Position numbers and translations under genes: made by a program. From assembly GCA_964016885.1 (NCBI GenBank), contig OZ024745.1, forward strand, positions 128,340,001-128,404,000: a stretch of DNA of 64,000 nt, in the 5' to 3' direction. The notes under the pieces are model-generated. The model ran no database searches and was not told the origin of the DNA. It saw only the letters and a list, made by a program, of their open reading frames with translations. Below, piece by piece: positions 14,245-29,065 of this stretch. Source of the DNA: Eledone cirrhosa (lineage: Eukaryota). Within the stretch, counting starts at the first letter, position 1. Every line of letters begins with the position of its first letter.

Positions 14245-14986
14245 TATTGCTAGTATAATATAATAAAAAGTAATTAATGTTGTAATGATATGTAGACGTA
14301 GGGTTAGACATTAAACGGCCCCAGAAATAATATCCTAGAATATACACAACTTGGAAGAGAAATAAAGCGAATAAAACAAAATAGTAACCAAAAGAAAATT
14401 CATACAAAAAACAAACAGATGGATAAAAATCTGTTTCAAAGAAGATACATATCTACTACAAAGTACAGTACAATGTTTTGCTAAGGAATTCCTCCTGGGA
14501 GATTCCATGGTGAGTGCTAACCTTTAACCAAACACCTAAAGCTTATGTCTCAGGAGAATATTTAACAATTCATGCCAAACGCTATTTACCACGGATTGCA
14601 GAATTAATGAAATAGAGAAATATATATCTTCTCAGTTAGATAACAGCAGGATTTGAACTTATATGCTGATTTCGTCAAATTCTTCATTCATTCATCCTAT
14701 TTCCATTTTCGTGTGAGGGAGTATTTAGTTTTGGCACTATAAACGATGTTATATTCTATCCCTCCACCCACCAAGAAAACATTTGAACTTCTGTTCAGTC
14801 GCACGACCGGTGCAAATGTGTAAAATCAAGAACATCCTCAGCACGCCTCCTGCTATCTTTCAAAGTGAGAACCATACATTTTAAAGTCTAATCTGGCCAG
14901 TGTACTAGTCAAATCTATTTCAACTACAACTTCCTAATATGGTCAGTGAGCTGAAGCATTCATTTGACATATCAGATCAGAGGCCA

Positions 14987-15388
14987 ACTCTCGGGTCTTG
15001 AATACCTCCCCCCTTCTCCGATTATTAATTTTTTAGATTTTTTCCACCCTCCCCTGCTCTTATTCGAAACAACGCCCCACCGCCGCTTATTAAATTTTAC
15101 TAATCTATCTCCGGTGAAATATTATTTTAAGTGGTAGCATTCTTGGAACAATTAATTTTCTTTATACATTAAAAAAACATTAAACATGACAAAAACAAAC
15201 AACATTACAAGAAATCTCATACGTTATCAAGTAAATAGGATGGGTTGGTTGTTTCAATATGTAAACTAAACGACTAATTCTGTTTTTTTTAAACTTTAAC
15301 GGAGAAAACCTAGAAAAATTATCAATTTTCTAACCCCTATCCCCGAGTATTCCACCCTCTCCCTCCTATTGTTTGAGACCCGAAAGTA
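14987..15388. mobile_element. Putative MITE (non-autonomous DNA transposon)
   Basis: Terminal inverted repeats actctcgggtctt.. / ..gagacccgaaagta, with internal C-rich and ttattaa.tttt sub-repeats. Confidence 0.5.
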
Positions 15389-16049
15389 CTTCAATTAGAA
15401 ATCAGTATTAAGATTTTCCAGACGAGCCTATCGAATAGATTTCTTCTTTAAACCACGCTCACTGGATTGAACTCAACTGTGCACGCTATCGAAACATTTG
15501 TCGAGTTTATGATATCACTCCTGCTTAATGGGGCGAGTTTGTTTTTATTTCTAGTTTGTAGTACCAATTCGAGAGTGAAGAAACTTGGTCACTTAAACAA
15601 CACAAGACAAACGCCAGGGTACATAATAAAGAATGTTCAACTGTGTGTCCAATATGCTAGTGACTCAACCATCCAACCTAGTCACAAAAACCCCACTTCT
15701 TTTAAAAGTTGGGATCACACATTTTAAGTTCAAACTTTCTGGGGAACAAAATTAATTATAACGTTTAGTATTAAAAACTAAAAATTAAAGATTAAAATTA
15801 AGAGGTAAGTTTTTTTCATCTTCCTTGTTGAGAAGGAGACTGGAAAATGAACTCTTGTGTATATAGAGAGAGGAAATAAGAAAGAGGTGTTAAGAGCCAG
15901 GTGAAGTGGCACAAGATGAAATCTATAGATTATGAACACAACCACAAGGATATGGTCAGAACGTGGAAGAGACGAACTCCCACTGTCATCACCTCCATCT
16001 CTGTCGCCCTCCCCATCTCTCTGTATGGTGAGCAAATGGGGTCCCACGT

Positions 16050-16260
16050 GCTGGCCTTCCCCACAGCCCCGGCGGACAGAATGGAGAAGGCGTTTTCCCG
16101 GAGAATGGTAAGGGAGATGCGCTGGAAGAGCCATTCCAAACCGCGAGGCTCACACCTGCGGCTGGCCAGCTCAGCGCCTATGGTGGTGAGTAGGGAGGTA
16201 GCTGTAGGGCCAAGGACACCAGAAATCTCCACTGCCAAGGGAGAGCGACCGGTACGTGAA
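16050..16260 (-). mobile_element. CRE-like non-LTR retrotransposon 3' fragment (restriction-like endonuclease C-terminus)
   Basis: AVEISGVLGP...WLFQRISLTILRENAFSIL resembles the CRE-clade A.E..G..G...FQRLS..IQRGNA..IL terminus. A second copy lies at 26770-26865. Confidence 0.65.
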
Positions 16261-16571
16261 AGTAAATTGATAATTTCTTTCTATGGACTTCCTATTATTT
16301 TTAAAATCTTGGACCACGCGTTTTTAGTCCTAAATCAAAAGAACACCACAAACACGATGAATGTGGGATGGCATCGGTAAGAAATACTGACCTTAATATT
16401 CTATTCGACCAGTGACCTCCTTGTTTTATAGGTGTCTATTCAAGCAGAACTAATGAGGTCTCCGCCACCAACAAAAATATCCGTATATATGGTATTAATA
16501 ACGTAATATAAACCAGTAATAGATTAAAAAAGGGCTGGTCACTGTTATTACCATTACCAGCTATCATTATT

Positions 16572-17212
16572 GGTGGATTGGCAGTATCGGATGCCAGGCT
16601 TTACAGCATAGTTACGTCCCTTTACGTTCTGAGTCCCGCCTAGGTTAACTTTGCCTTTCATCCTTACGGGGTCGATAAAATAAAGTACCAGTAATGTACT
16701 GGTATAATTACTGGCCCTGTGCAAAAAGTACAAATAATTATTACTATCAACCATAGGGCGGTGGATTGGCAGTATCGGTAGAGGGTTGGACGCCAAACTT
16801 TCCAGCATAGAGTTACGGCCCTTTATGATCTGAGTTCAAATCCCGCCGAGGTTAACTTTGCCTTTCATCCTTACGGGATCGATAAAAAAAAGTACCAGTC
16901 ACGCACTGGGATCGATTTAATCGACTTTCCTCTCCCCCCAAAATTGCTGACCTTGTGCCTATACTAGAAACCGTTATCACTATCAACCATCAATTGGGCG
17001 GTGGATTGGCAGTATCAGTAGAGGGCCGGACACCCTGCTAGGGCGGTGGATTGGCAGTATCAGTAGAGGGCCGGACACCATGCTTTGCAGTATTGAATTA
17101 TAGCCCTTTACGATCTGAGTCCAAATCCCGCCGAGGTTAACTTTGCCTTTCAGCCTTAAAATAAAGCACCACCGGGATAATTGCTGGCCTTGTGCCAAAA
17201 GTAGAAATAATT
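16572..17212 (+). mobile_element. Three tandem SINE family 1 copies, the third with a duplicated head
   Basis: Heads at ~16572, 16756 and 16996/17041. Confidence 0.85.
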
Positions 17213-17821
17213 ATTATTATACACAGTCATCTTGCTCGGGTGCAACTCCTGGGTCTCCTGCCGGTTGGCTTTGCCTGTAAATTTGTCCATCGATTCTTTC
17301 TTGATACATTCTAACCACCTGCCTATAGTATCGGCGTTGTGATCTCTTAATTCGGAGAAGTAGCGGCTCTACCTGGAGTGACTCTCTGATCACCTAGCAA
17401 GATAGACAATCTATCGTGTAACGTTATTTAAGTTACCATCACATATTGATATTTAAAGAGGGAATGAAGACCTTTTACTATATATATTTTAACATAACAA
17501 AAAGGGAGGAAATCATATGATTCGAGATGTTATACCAGTTGTAAAGTAAGTCATAGAAACTACTATGAAAAACTCTGAATCTATTCTTAAGAACAATCCT
17601 TAAAATACCGTATTTACAAGACAACAGAAAATGTGGAAAAGGCGATAACTTCAGAAGTTCAATAGTGTAATGTTTGTATCTAGCTGAAGGAATCAACATT
17701 TAAATTACTGCAGTCTCAGTACAAAATACGAGTACAGCGTTAGTGAATGCCCCTTAGTAAAATAGCTTCAATCTAAAATGACTTTCGGAGTTGTGGTGAG
17801 GATACTAATTAGATACGATAG

Positions 17822-18852
<1,031 letters not shown>

Positions 18853-18908
18853 TCATAACTCGTGTGTTACACCTCTATTCTTTTAAATATATATATATAT
18901 ATATATAT

Positions 18909-19097
18909 AACGAAGGAAATGTGGTAAGGAACCAGGTGGACCATAACGCACCAAAGTACTCAATACTTAGGGTAGTAGAGTGGATAATAGGAACAAGTAA
19001 GACCCCGACGGCTGAGCTCAAGCCGTTTCGACGGCTAATTCTGGACTGAATTAGCCGTCGAAACGGCTTGAGCTCAGCCGTCGGGGTCTTACTTGTT

Positions 19098-19102
<5 letters not shown>
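18909..19102 (-). mobile_element. Family C hairpin element (hammerhead 3' half only)
   Basis: Perfect hairpin 18987-19102; GAAA-cggct..agccg-TC motif; TTGAGTAC box; (TA)n on both sides. Confidence 0.8.
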
Positions 19103-19168
<66 letters not shown>

Positions 19169-19416
19169 GATTGTGTGAGAAGAAACTGAAAGAATAAAAG
19201 ATAGAGTCGGAGAGATAGTAAGTAAAAGAGAAAGGAAAGACAATGTAAGAGTAAGAGAAGTAACGAGCAGGGAAGAAAGGGGTAGTGATGATAATATATA
19301 GAGCGATAGAGTAAGAGGTAGAAATATAAATGCACTGCGATGGTAGCGGATTGCAGGCGATTTCTACACGGAAAACAAAGAGGATGGAAAGGACACATAT
19401 ACACTCGCAAACATTG

Positions 19417-19561
<145 letters not shown>

Positions 19562-19617
19562 AATTTATGTATGCATATATATATACACATATATATGTGT
19601 GTGTATGTATATGTATG

Positions 19618-19649
<32 letters not shown>

Positions 19650-19758
19650 AATATATATATATTTATGTATGTATATATATACACATATATATATGTGTGT
19701 GTGTAAGTATATGTATGTATATCTATGTATATATATATGTATATATATATATATATAT

Positions 19759-19993
19759 AACGAAGGAAATGTGGTAAGGAACCAGGTGGACCATAACGCA
19801 CCAAAGTACTCAATACTTAGGGTAGTAGAGTGGGTAATAGGAACAAATAAGACCCCGACGGCTGAGCTCAAGCCGTTTCGACGGCTAATTCTGGACTCAT
19901 GCGTCCAGAATTAGCCGTCGTAACGGCTTGAGCTCAGCCGTCGGGGTCTTACTTGTTCCTATTATCCACTCTACTACCCTAAGTATTGAGTAC
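19759..19993 (-). mobile_element. Family C hairpin element
   Basis: Nearly identical to 18909-19102 with a longer inverted arm. Confidence 0.8.
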
Positions 19994-20022
19994 TTATTGG
20001 CAACATGACCCTCCCAAAGTAT

Positions 20023-20108
<86 letters not shown>

Positions 20109-20720
20109 ATATTTATATATATATGAAAAGATGCCAGTAAAAGTTTTGCGTGTGTTTATTTCTGCATGTTTGTGCCTATTAATAATTACTATGTGCGTGT
20201 ATTTGTGTATATATACGTATACACATATTTACGTATACACATATTTACGTCTATACGTATATACGTACGTTGCTTCATCGGATCAAATGACATAGTAAGC
20301 TTAGTGATGTCACTGTAACAAAACTCAAGAGACTTATGTCATGCTTCCTTCTCTCCACATTAAATCCTGCAGTGTGTTTTTAGATGGATGCCATTTAGTA
20401 GGATTGGCACTACTTTTGACATTCCTGCTTTGCAATATTCTATGTCTGGCGACAAACCCTTGTACGCTTAATATCCTGTGAATATTTCACGAAACCAGAA
20501 CACTTAGACGTCGTTTTAGTGTATGTATGTGTATATATACATATATATATATATATATGTGTGTGTCTGTGTGGGGGGGGGTGAGTGTGTATGTGTAGGT
20601 GTGTGTGTGTGGATGTTTATGTACGTGTGTTTGGTTGTGTAGGTGTTTGTGTGTGTATATATATATATGTGTGTGTAGGTATATATATATATATATATGT
20701 ACATATATATATATATGTAC

Positions 20721-20752
<32 letters not shown>

Positions 20753-20795
20753 GTATACATGTATATATCTAACTATGTATATATGTATCCATGTA

Positions 20796-20832
<37 letters not shown>

Positions 20833-20883
20833 TTACTTGTATAAATACATACTTACACACATGTGTGCTAGTATATATATATA

Positions 20884-20926
<43 letters not shown>

Positions 20927-21297
20927 GTCATTCTTGTTATTAGTAGGAGTGAGCCATATATAAGTATGGTGCTTTAATCACTTAAGTATCGGTATTTCCT
21001 TAATCTCAAAAAATATTCTACCAGTTTCTCGTTACTGTTGTTATTGTTACGCCAGTAATTGTTATTGTTGTTACTGTTGTAGCAATTGTTTCACATTCAC
21101 ATAATAGATACCATATGTATAAGATGACTAGATAAGCCTGTATCTGTGCTTTTGTCTCCAGATATATGTTTTACTAAGAAATATTGAGGGTTGAAAATGT
21201 TAACTCTATAAGCCGCCATTAATTGCTGGGTAATTTTGCTTTTAATCTGTAAGGGTTCATCTGCTAGATTACAGCATGTAGATGTTAACTGAGTAAT

Positions 21298-21373
21298 CTT
21301 CTTCTTCTTCTTCTTCTTCTTCTTCTTCTTCTTCTTCTTCTTCTTCTTCTTCTTCTTCTTCTTCTTCTTCTTC
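21298..21373. repeat. (TTC)n microsatellite
   Basis: Pure array. Confidence 0.95.
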
Positions 21374-21469
21374 TATATACATATATATGTATGTTATAGG
21401 TAATTCCGAATGAAAAGCAAAGGGAAAAAGAGTGCTCTATGTATAGAAACAGAGCTATTTAATTAGCTA

Positions 21470-21528
<59 letters not shown>

Positions 21529-23099
21529 AAATTTGGTTAAATTCACAGTATTTTCATCAGTCGAATACGGATATTAATACATGTTTTCGTGGTATGCAGC
21601 CATCAAAATATCTTTCATCATTCTGTTCTGTGTTGCACAATTTACATGTCGTCTTACCATTCAGGTAAGGACTTGATTTTTCCAGGATTTTCTATTCGAG
21701 AAATCCGCTCTTTCAACCTTGAGGAACCAGACGTGTCTTGCCAGCTTCCTGTAACCATAGGTCGATGCATGGTTTAGGACGTCCCTAAATTATTGAATTT
21801 GTTTCTCTCCTGTGTGCAAATGGACAAATATATATATATATTGTGAGTGTCTGAGTGTGTACGTGCGTGTGTGTGTGTGTTGAGTGTGGAGTTACAAGTA
21901 CTTCAGTCTCTTCCTTTATACATAGAAAACTAAACTAAACCACCAAAATCAGCAGCCAGCTCTTTAAATTATAAAACTAATAACGTAACGTCGTTTATAA
22001 AAAATAAACAACACATTGGATAAGACAGTGGAACACATACTATGTATGATAAATACGACAGGAGCATCATGGCTGGAATGTCCTTGATCGTAGTTACGCC
22101 TTCTCCATCAAGGCTGGACTGAAACTAAGCAACTACAACATTCAATGTCATAAGCGACAGCTGCATTAAAAAGCTAAAAAAAAAAACACTTCCGCTATCG
22201 TCACTAGAACTAAAATAAATCCCACCAGCAACAACTAAAACAACAAGTACAAAAACTACAATCAACAACAACAACAACATCCCAATCCTCCACCCTCATT
22301 CATTTACCAAGCCTCTTTCCGAAAATATTGCTCCAGTGTAGAGATAAAAATGAAATTATGAAATAGTTTAAACTTCACCAACACTTGACATTTGAAATCA
22401 ACACGTAGAGAAAGAGGGTTGATGAGGGTGATGGGAAGTTCCGGCTTGCTGTTTCACTTCCAACCCGGATGTTTTTGCCGTCGGCAGGAAGTGATTCCAC
22501 GTGCCTATACTTATATGCAAGGCATATTTTATTCCCAAATATCCCACAAGTTTACTAGTTGCACACGCACAGATAGAGTGGCAGAGAGAGAGGAAGAGCG
22601 AGAGATAATATGCGTGAGAGAAAGGGGGTGAGGGGGAGAGAGAAAGGGGGAAAGAGAGGGAGAGAGAAAGAGAAGGAGAGAGAGAGAGAGAGGGGTATGC
22701 ATACAAACATATACATTTATAAATTTCATGTATTCTCTCTATATTTTTATAAGTAAATACAGATAATTTCTTGCAGTTTCAATATGGAAAGTTAGAAAAA
22801 AATATGAAATAAAATTATGCTCGCAATTTCAAGAGCGAATTTGCCTTTAGGTGTGTTCAGATAACGAGAAGCAAATAAGGGAGAGAACTCTTTTAGACTG
22901 ATCTTATCCAATTCCTTTTTAGATAGTTTGCAATAAGAGTTGATGTTGTCTATAAGCCAGTTTACATGCAATTTCATCTCCACATTGAAGCATATTCATT
23001 TTACAAGTTGGCTAGACAAGAATGGTCAGATATAGGAAAGGATAGGCTTAGTTGTGTGTATGTATCTATTATATACATACAGCTATACATATATATATT

Positions 23100-23220
<121 letters not shown>

Positions 23221-23269
23221 GCGTGTGTAGGTATACAGAGGGATGGACAGACAAAGAGACAGACAGAGA

Positions 23270-23323
<54 letters not shown>

Positions 23324-23427
23324 GACTAAATACAGACGTGCTTTCATTTTGTGAAAACATTTTCCCGTTTCTTTCTTTTCTTTATCTCGTTTATCTTTTT
23401 TATTCTTTCTTGAAGCTCTCGTTATTT

Positions 23428-23465
23428 ACTCCCGTGAAGGACTTACGTCCAAAACGTTAATAGAC
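23428..23465 (+). ncRNA. Decayed minimal hammerhead relic
   Basis: cccgtga-a-ggac ttac gtcc-aaaa-cgt-ta: stem II is intact but both boxes are mutated. Confidence 0.35.
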
Positions 23466-23548
23466 TTTTCCTACTCTATCCAGCGTTAAACTAATATACC
23501 TCATCATTATAACGTATTGTTCTCCTGTGTTGTTTATTTTTGTTGACT

Positions 23549-23618
<70 letters not shown>

Positions 23619-23767
23619 TTGAGTATGTGTTGGTTAGTTACCGATACTTTAGTATGCAGGGTAGAGCACTCAACAGTGTGCGCGGGTTGGTCTGTTTACA
23701 CCGGAGTAATTTAAAAACTAGAAGTGTAAGTCAACAAGTTAAAATTAAGTTCGTTTAATCATATTCG

Positions 23768-23824
23768 CTGTTATATATATTTCGGTGATAACCATTATTC
23801 AACAGCTATGACCTCATCAGACAG
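23768..23824 (-). ncRNA. Type I hammerhead ribozyme (family E)
   Basis: Minus strand reads ctgt-CTGATGA-ggtcatagctgtt gaat aatggttatcacc-GAAA-tatata-TA-acag. Confidence 0.85.
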
Positions 23825-24006
23825 CTAGAATTTGAAAGAAAAAAAAAAAAGAAAAACAATGATGGAACGAAGCCTACCTCATTTTTTTCCATCTTTTGAT
23901 ATGGCCAGTCCCATACTTCAGAACTGGGCATATCAAAAGATCGAAATAACAGGTAAACTTTGTTCAATCATTGTTTTTATGGGGTTTTTTTCTGTTCAAA
24001 TTCTAT

Positions 24007-24063
24007 CTGTCTGATGAGGTCATAGCTGTTGAATAATAGTTATCACCGAAATATATATAACAG
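24007..24063 (+). ncRNA. Type I hammerhead ribozyme (family E)
   Basis: ctgt-CTGATGA(24011-24017)-ggtcatagctgtt gaat aatagttatcacc-GAAA(24048-24051)-tatata-TA-acag. Confidence 0.85.
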
Positions 24064-24109
24064 CGAATATGAATAAACGAACTGAATTTTAACCTGTTGA
24101 CACTTCTTG

Positions 24110-24169
<60 letters not shown>

Positions 24170-25043
24170 GAGATAAATATTATATATATATATGTTGGTG
24201 TGTGTAGTGTGTGTATATATATATATATAAGGAAGATTAATATTATATATTATTCAAGTAAAGAAATGCTGGTTGATGAAATAATCAACCGATTGTGGTT
24301 GTAAACAGATGTAAAGCAATGTATTGGCTTGATGTGTTGATGTGTATACATACTTACATATCAATTCTTTTACACGAGGTCGAGTTGTGTGAGGTAGAGA
24401 TAGTAGATGTAATGTAATTGGATTATAACATGTGTTATATAAGGTCAAACAATATATTGTATATATTGTAACTCAGTATTATTCCATTTATACACATGCA
24501 ATATATATATAAATACACTTTCTTATATATAAAGACGAGTTTACCTGTTTTGGTATGTAAGTATATCTAAATATATAATCATTTTGTAAATCTATTTTTC
24601 TTTACATCTACTTAAAGGCCTTAGATATATCGTCATAGTTGTACCCTGTGGGCGTTTTATCATACCTTTTGTTACCAATACAACGTATGCTATATGTTAT
24701 TTTCCTCTCTATCATAATACCTATCTTTATTACATTACAGTACAGCACCTCAGATACTATTACATTCTATTACACTGTATTATATTCAGTTCTTCTATAC
24801 AATATTGCTATTCTGTTATATATATTAATTTGGTTTAGTCTGAACGTATTTTCCAATCACAGACAAAAGCAACAACTGCCGATCAAAGTCTCTCCTAATA
24901 ACAATTACCGAAATATTTTGTGAATAAATTGACATGCCAAAACTAACTTTGAATCCAAACTTTATTAATGTACGTATGTAGCAACTATATATAATTTAAT
25001 TTAATATTAATGTCAAATCAACAAACATTAATTAATATCCCAA

Positions 25044-25233
25044 GGGCGGTGGATTGGCAGTATCGGTAGAGAGTCGGACACCATGCTTTGTAGCTTAGAG
25101 TTACGGCCCTTTCCATTCAGAGTTCAAACCCCGCCGAGGTCAACTTGGCCTTTCATCCTTACGGTGTCGATAAAATAAAGTACCAGTAATGTACTGGGTC
25201 ATTGTTGGCCTTGTGCCAAAAGTAGAAACAATT
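25044..25233 (+). mobile_element. SINE family 1
   Basis: Full-length family consensus. Confidence 0.85.
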
Positions 25234-25265
25234 AATTAATATCCCACTAAATCTACTAACTCGGA

Positions 25266-25344
<79 letters not shown>

Positions 25345-25409
25345 TCAGTATTAACCATCTTCATGTAATTTATATCCAAGCATGGTCTTGGATACATTTC
25401 GTCTAGGTA

Positions 25410-25533
<124 letters not shown>

Positions 25534-25629
25534 CCTAGACAGAAATATATATATATATACATATTCAATATATATATATATATATATACGATATTAAACA
25601 AATGGAAACTATATTTATAAAACCATATT

Positions 25630-25695
25630 TATTTCATTATACATATTTCGGGGATACCATATTAAAAATATGGCATGCCTTCGTCAGATAAAATA
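25630..25695 (-). ncRNA. Hammerhead ribozyme (family A, inverted arm)
   Basis: Reverse complement of 25830-25895. Confidence 0.8.
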
Positions 25696-25829
25696 CAATA
25701 TATAAACAGTTTTATAAATAATTTTGACGTACCATAAATATGAGCGACCATTATGTAGGAAGCTTCCCACATAATGGTCGCTCATATTTATGGTACGTCA
25801 AAATTATTTATAAAACTGTTTATATATTG

Positions 25830-25895
25830 TATTTTATCTGACGAAGGCATGCCATATTTTTAATATGGTATCCCCGAAATATGTATAATGAAATA
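25830..25895 (+). ncRNA. Hammerhead ribozyme (family A)
   Basis: tattttat-CTGACGA(25838-25844)-agg..tgccatatt/aatatggta..cc-GAAA(25876-25879)-tatgta-TA-atgaaata. Confidence 0.8.
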
Positions 25896-26023
25896 AATAT
25901 GGTTTTATAAATATAGTTTCCATTTGTTTAATATCGTATATCTACTCCAAAAACTTGTCGAGTGCTGTATATTAGTTATAAAATATTTACTTGTTGTAAC
26001 CCAACAATTTTAAATAAAACTTT

Positions 26024-26086
<63 letters not shown>

Positions 26087-26123
26087 TCAGTATATATATA
26101 TATATTTATATATATATATATAT

Positions 26124-26383
26124 AATTGTTTCTACTTTTGGAACAAGGCCAGAAATTACCCAGTACATTACTGGTACTTTATTTTATCGACCCCATAAGG
26201 ATGAAAGGCAAAATTAAACTCGGCGGGATTTGAACTCAGAATGGCAAGGGCTGTAACTCTATGCGTCAAAGCATGGCGTCAGACCCTCTACCAATACTGC
26301 TAATCCACCGCCCATTATATATATATATAATTGTTTCTACTTTTGGCACAAGGCCAGCAATTACCCAGGCATTACTGGTACTA
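26124..26383 (-). mobile_element. SINE family 1 (full copy plus 3' fragment)
   Basis: Family consensus. Confidence 0.85.
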
Positions 26384-26769
26384 TAATGATAGTAATAAAC
26401 GAAAGTCAGTTACTTTAGACCATCCCAATTTCACTCTTTTTCATTGAACAAATACATATATATGTGTATGTTTGTGTTTGTATGTGAGTGTGTGTGAGTG
26501 TGTGAATGTGTGTGTGTATGTGAGTTTGTGTGAGAGTGTGTATGTCTGTGTGTGAGTGTGTGTGTGAGTGTATGTGTGTGTATGTGTGTAATTATCAATG
26601 CGGTTGAATTACTATCAAATCTATAGTTGTAAATATGTCAAAAACATTTTATATAGTTTAAAGTTCTCTCTGATTGTTCTGCATGCCCTCAAAAGCATAG
26701 TTCCACTACAATAGAAATTTGTTCCGTCATATCCTATTTCAAATTTCAAATAATAATTTCATGAAATCC

Positions 26770-26865
26770 ACCCGCGTGTTGGAGTGGCTTTTCCAGCGCG
26801 TCTCCCTTGCCGTCCTCCGGGTAGACGCCTTCTCCATTCTGTCCGCCGGGGCTGTGGGTGGGCCC
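26770..26865 (+). mobile_element. CRE-like retrotransposon 3' fragment
   Basis: Reads PRVLEWLFQRVSLAVLRVDAFSILSAGAVG; homologous to 16060-16150 (-). Confidence 0.6.
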
Positions 26866-27364
26866 CATCGCGTACCGTTGTAGTTGTTGTATACACACAC
26901 TAACGGAGTTGTATTTGTATATCGTTAAAAATCTGTCAGTCTGGACTGTACAACATATCTAATTCGCTTCTGGATTATATCCCCTTTCGGAGATTTCATG
27001 AAATTGTAGTATTCTCAGCACAAATGGTAGCTTTAAACTGCTGGATACTATATGTATAGTAAAAAGTCGCATTAAGATATAATCTCATATTGAACGGAGA
27101 GCGAGAGAGAGAAAAAGAAAGCGTATCTAAAGCATGAGATGGAAAATGAGAGGGGTCTAGAGAGAGGGAGAGAGAAAAGAAGGGGAGAGGAGAAAAGCGG
27201 TAATGAGATCGATGGAGCAGGACTTATGGAAAATGGCGAATTTAACGATCTTGAACTTCCCACCTAAATTAGACGAATCTAGTACAAACGTTAATTCACA
27301 CCATACTGATCCCATCATCATCATCATCACCATCATTATCATTATCATTAGCATTATCAGTAGC

Positions 27365-27530
27365 GGGTGAGACGCCATGCTTTCTAGCATAGAGTTACGT
27401 CCATTTACGGACTGAGTTCAAATCCCTCCAAGGTTAACTTTGCCTTTCATCCTTACGGGGTCGATAAAATAAACTACTAGTAATGCACTGGGATCATTGC
27501 TGGCCTTGTGCCAAAAGTAGAAACAATTAT
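27365..27530 (+). mobile_element. SINE family 1
   Basis: Family consensus. Confidence 0.8.
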
Positions 27531-27554
27531 CATTTTCATTTATCATTGCAAGGG

Positions 27555-28386
27555 CTGAACGGGTCATCACTGCTCGAGACTAGACTGGTCGGAAAGTCAC
27601 ACTTTAGTCATAAGTTCCCTGAACGGGTCATTATTGCTCGAGACTAGACTGGTCGGAAAGCCACACTTTGGTCATAAGTTCCCTGAACGGGTCATCATTG
27701 CTCGATACTAGACTGGTCGGAAAGCCACACTTTGGTCATAAGTTCCCTGAACGGGTCATCACTGCTCGAGACTAGACTGGTCGGAAAGCCACACTTTGGT
27801 CATAAGTTCCCTGAACGGGTCATCACTGCTCGAGACTAGACTGGTCGGAAAGTCACACTTTAGTCATAAGTTCCCTGAACGGGTCATTATTGCTCGAGAC
27901 TAGACTGGTCGGAAATCCACACTTTGGTCATAAGTTCCCTGAACGGGTCATCATTGCTCGATACTAGACTGGTCGGAAAGCCACACTTTGGTCATAAGTT
28001 CCCTGAACGGGTCATCACTGCTCGAGACTAGACTGGTCGGAAAGCCACACTTTGGTCATAAGTTCCCTGAACGGGTCATCACTGCTCGAGACTAGACTGG
28101 TCGGAAAGTCACACTTTAGTCATAAGTTCCCTGAACGGGTCATTATTGCTCGAGACTAGACTGGTCGGAAATCCACACTTTGGTCATAAGTTCCCTGAAC
28201 GGGTCATCATTGCTCGATACTAGACTGGTCGGAAAGCCACACTTTGGTCATAAGTTCCCTGAACGGGTCATCACTGCTCGAGACTAGACTGGTCGGAAAG
28301 TCACACTTTAGTCATAACTTCCCTGAACGGGTCATCATTGCTCGAGACTAGACTGGTCGGAAAGCCACACTTTAGTCATAAGTTCC
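27555..28386. repeat. Minisatellite, 13 x 64 bp
   Basis: Unit ctgaacgggtcatcactgctcgagactagactggtcggaaagccacactttggtcataagttcc starts at 27555, 27619, 27683 ... 28323. Confidence 0.95.
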
Positions 28387-28674
28387 CTACTTTAACTTGA
28401 TTTCTACGACTGGATGCCTTTCCTAACGACAAACACATTGCAGAGTCTTTTGAGGAACCTCCCGCTCGAACCATCCAATAGAACGGCTACGTTGTAATAG
28501 GAAAAGAACGCCACGTCACCGTGATAGTTTCAAACATTTTGGAAATCGAAGTAGTTAGAAGCGTCTTAGAGGAATACTAAGCGTTGACGAGAGCAAAGAT
28601 ACTCACGAATAAGTCGATGGGTTTGCAGCTCGGTATATAGAGAGGCAAACCCATTGTTGCTTTTGTTGTTGTTG

Positions 28675-29065
28675 GGCTGTGAATTGGCAGTATCGGTAGA
28701 GAGTCGGACACCATGCTTTGCAGCATAGAGTTACGGTTCTTTACGGTCTGAGTTCAAATTCCGCGGAGGTTAGCTTTGCCTTTCACCTTTACGGGGTCTA
28801 TACATAAATTACCGGTAATGCACTGGGGTCGATATAATCGACTCCCCCCCCCCCCAATTACTGGCCTTGTGCCTATATAAGAAACCATTATTATCATCAT
28901 TATTATGATTAAGCCATGCTTTCTAGCATAGTTACGTCCCTTTACAGTCTGAGTTCAAATCCCGCCGAGGTTAACTTTACCTTTCATCCTTACGGTGTCG
29001 ATAAAATAGAGTACCAGTAATGTACTGGGTACTTGCTGGCCTTGTGCCTAAAGTAGAAACAATTA
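28675..29065 (+). mobile_element. Two SINE family 1 copies
   Basis: Family consensus at ~28675-28888 and ~28914-29065. Confidence 0.85.

Larger units (their letters stand above)
23615..24106 (-). mobile_element. Family E element with two inverted hammerheads
   Basis: Arms ~23720-23836 and ~23994-24106; AGCACTCAA at 23665-23673; (TA)n on both sides. Confidence 0.75.
25584..26027 (+). mobile_element. Family A element with ~180-bp-arm palindrome
   Basis: 25584-25941 is almost perfectly self-complementary, centred on ggaagcttcc. The 3' end is ...ttttgca(TA)n. Confidence 0.8.

Noticed and set aside
27555-28386. CRISPR array or tandem hammerhead array
   Set aside because: Units are contiguous with no unique spacers and no cas genes, in a eukaryotic context. 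CTGAACGG...GGAAA does not match CUGANGA and lacks the required stems.
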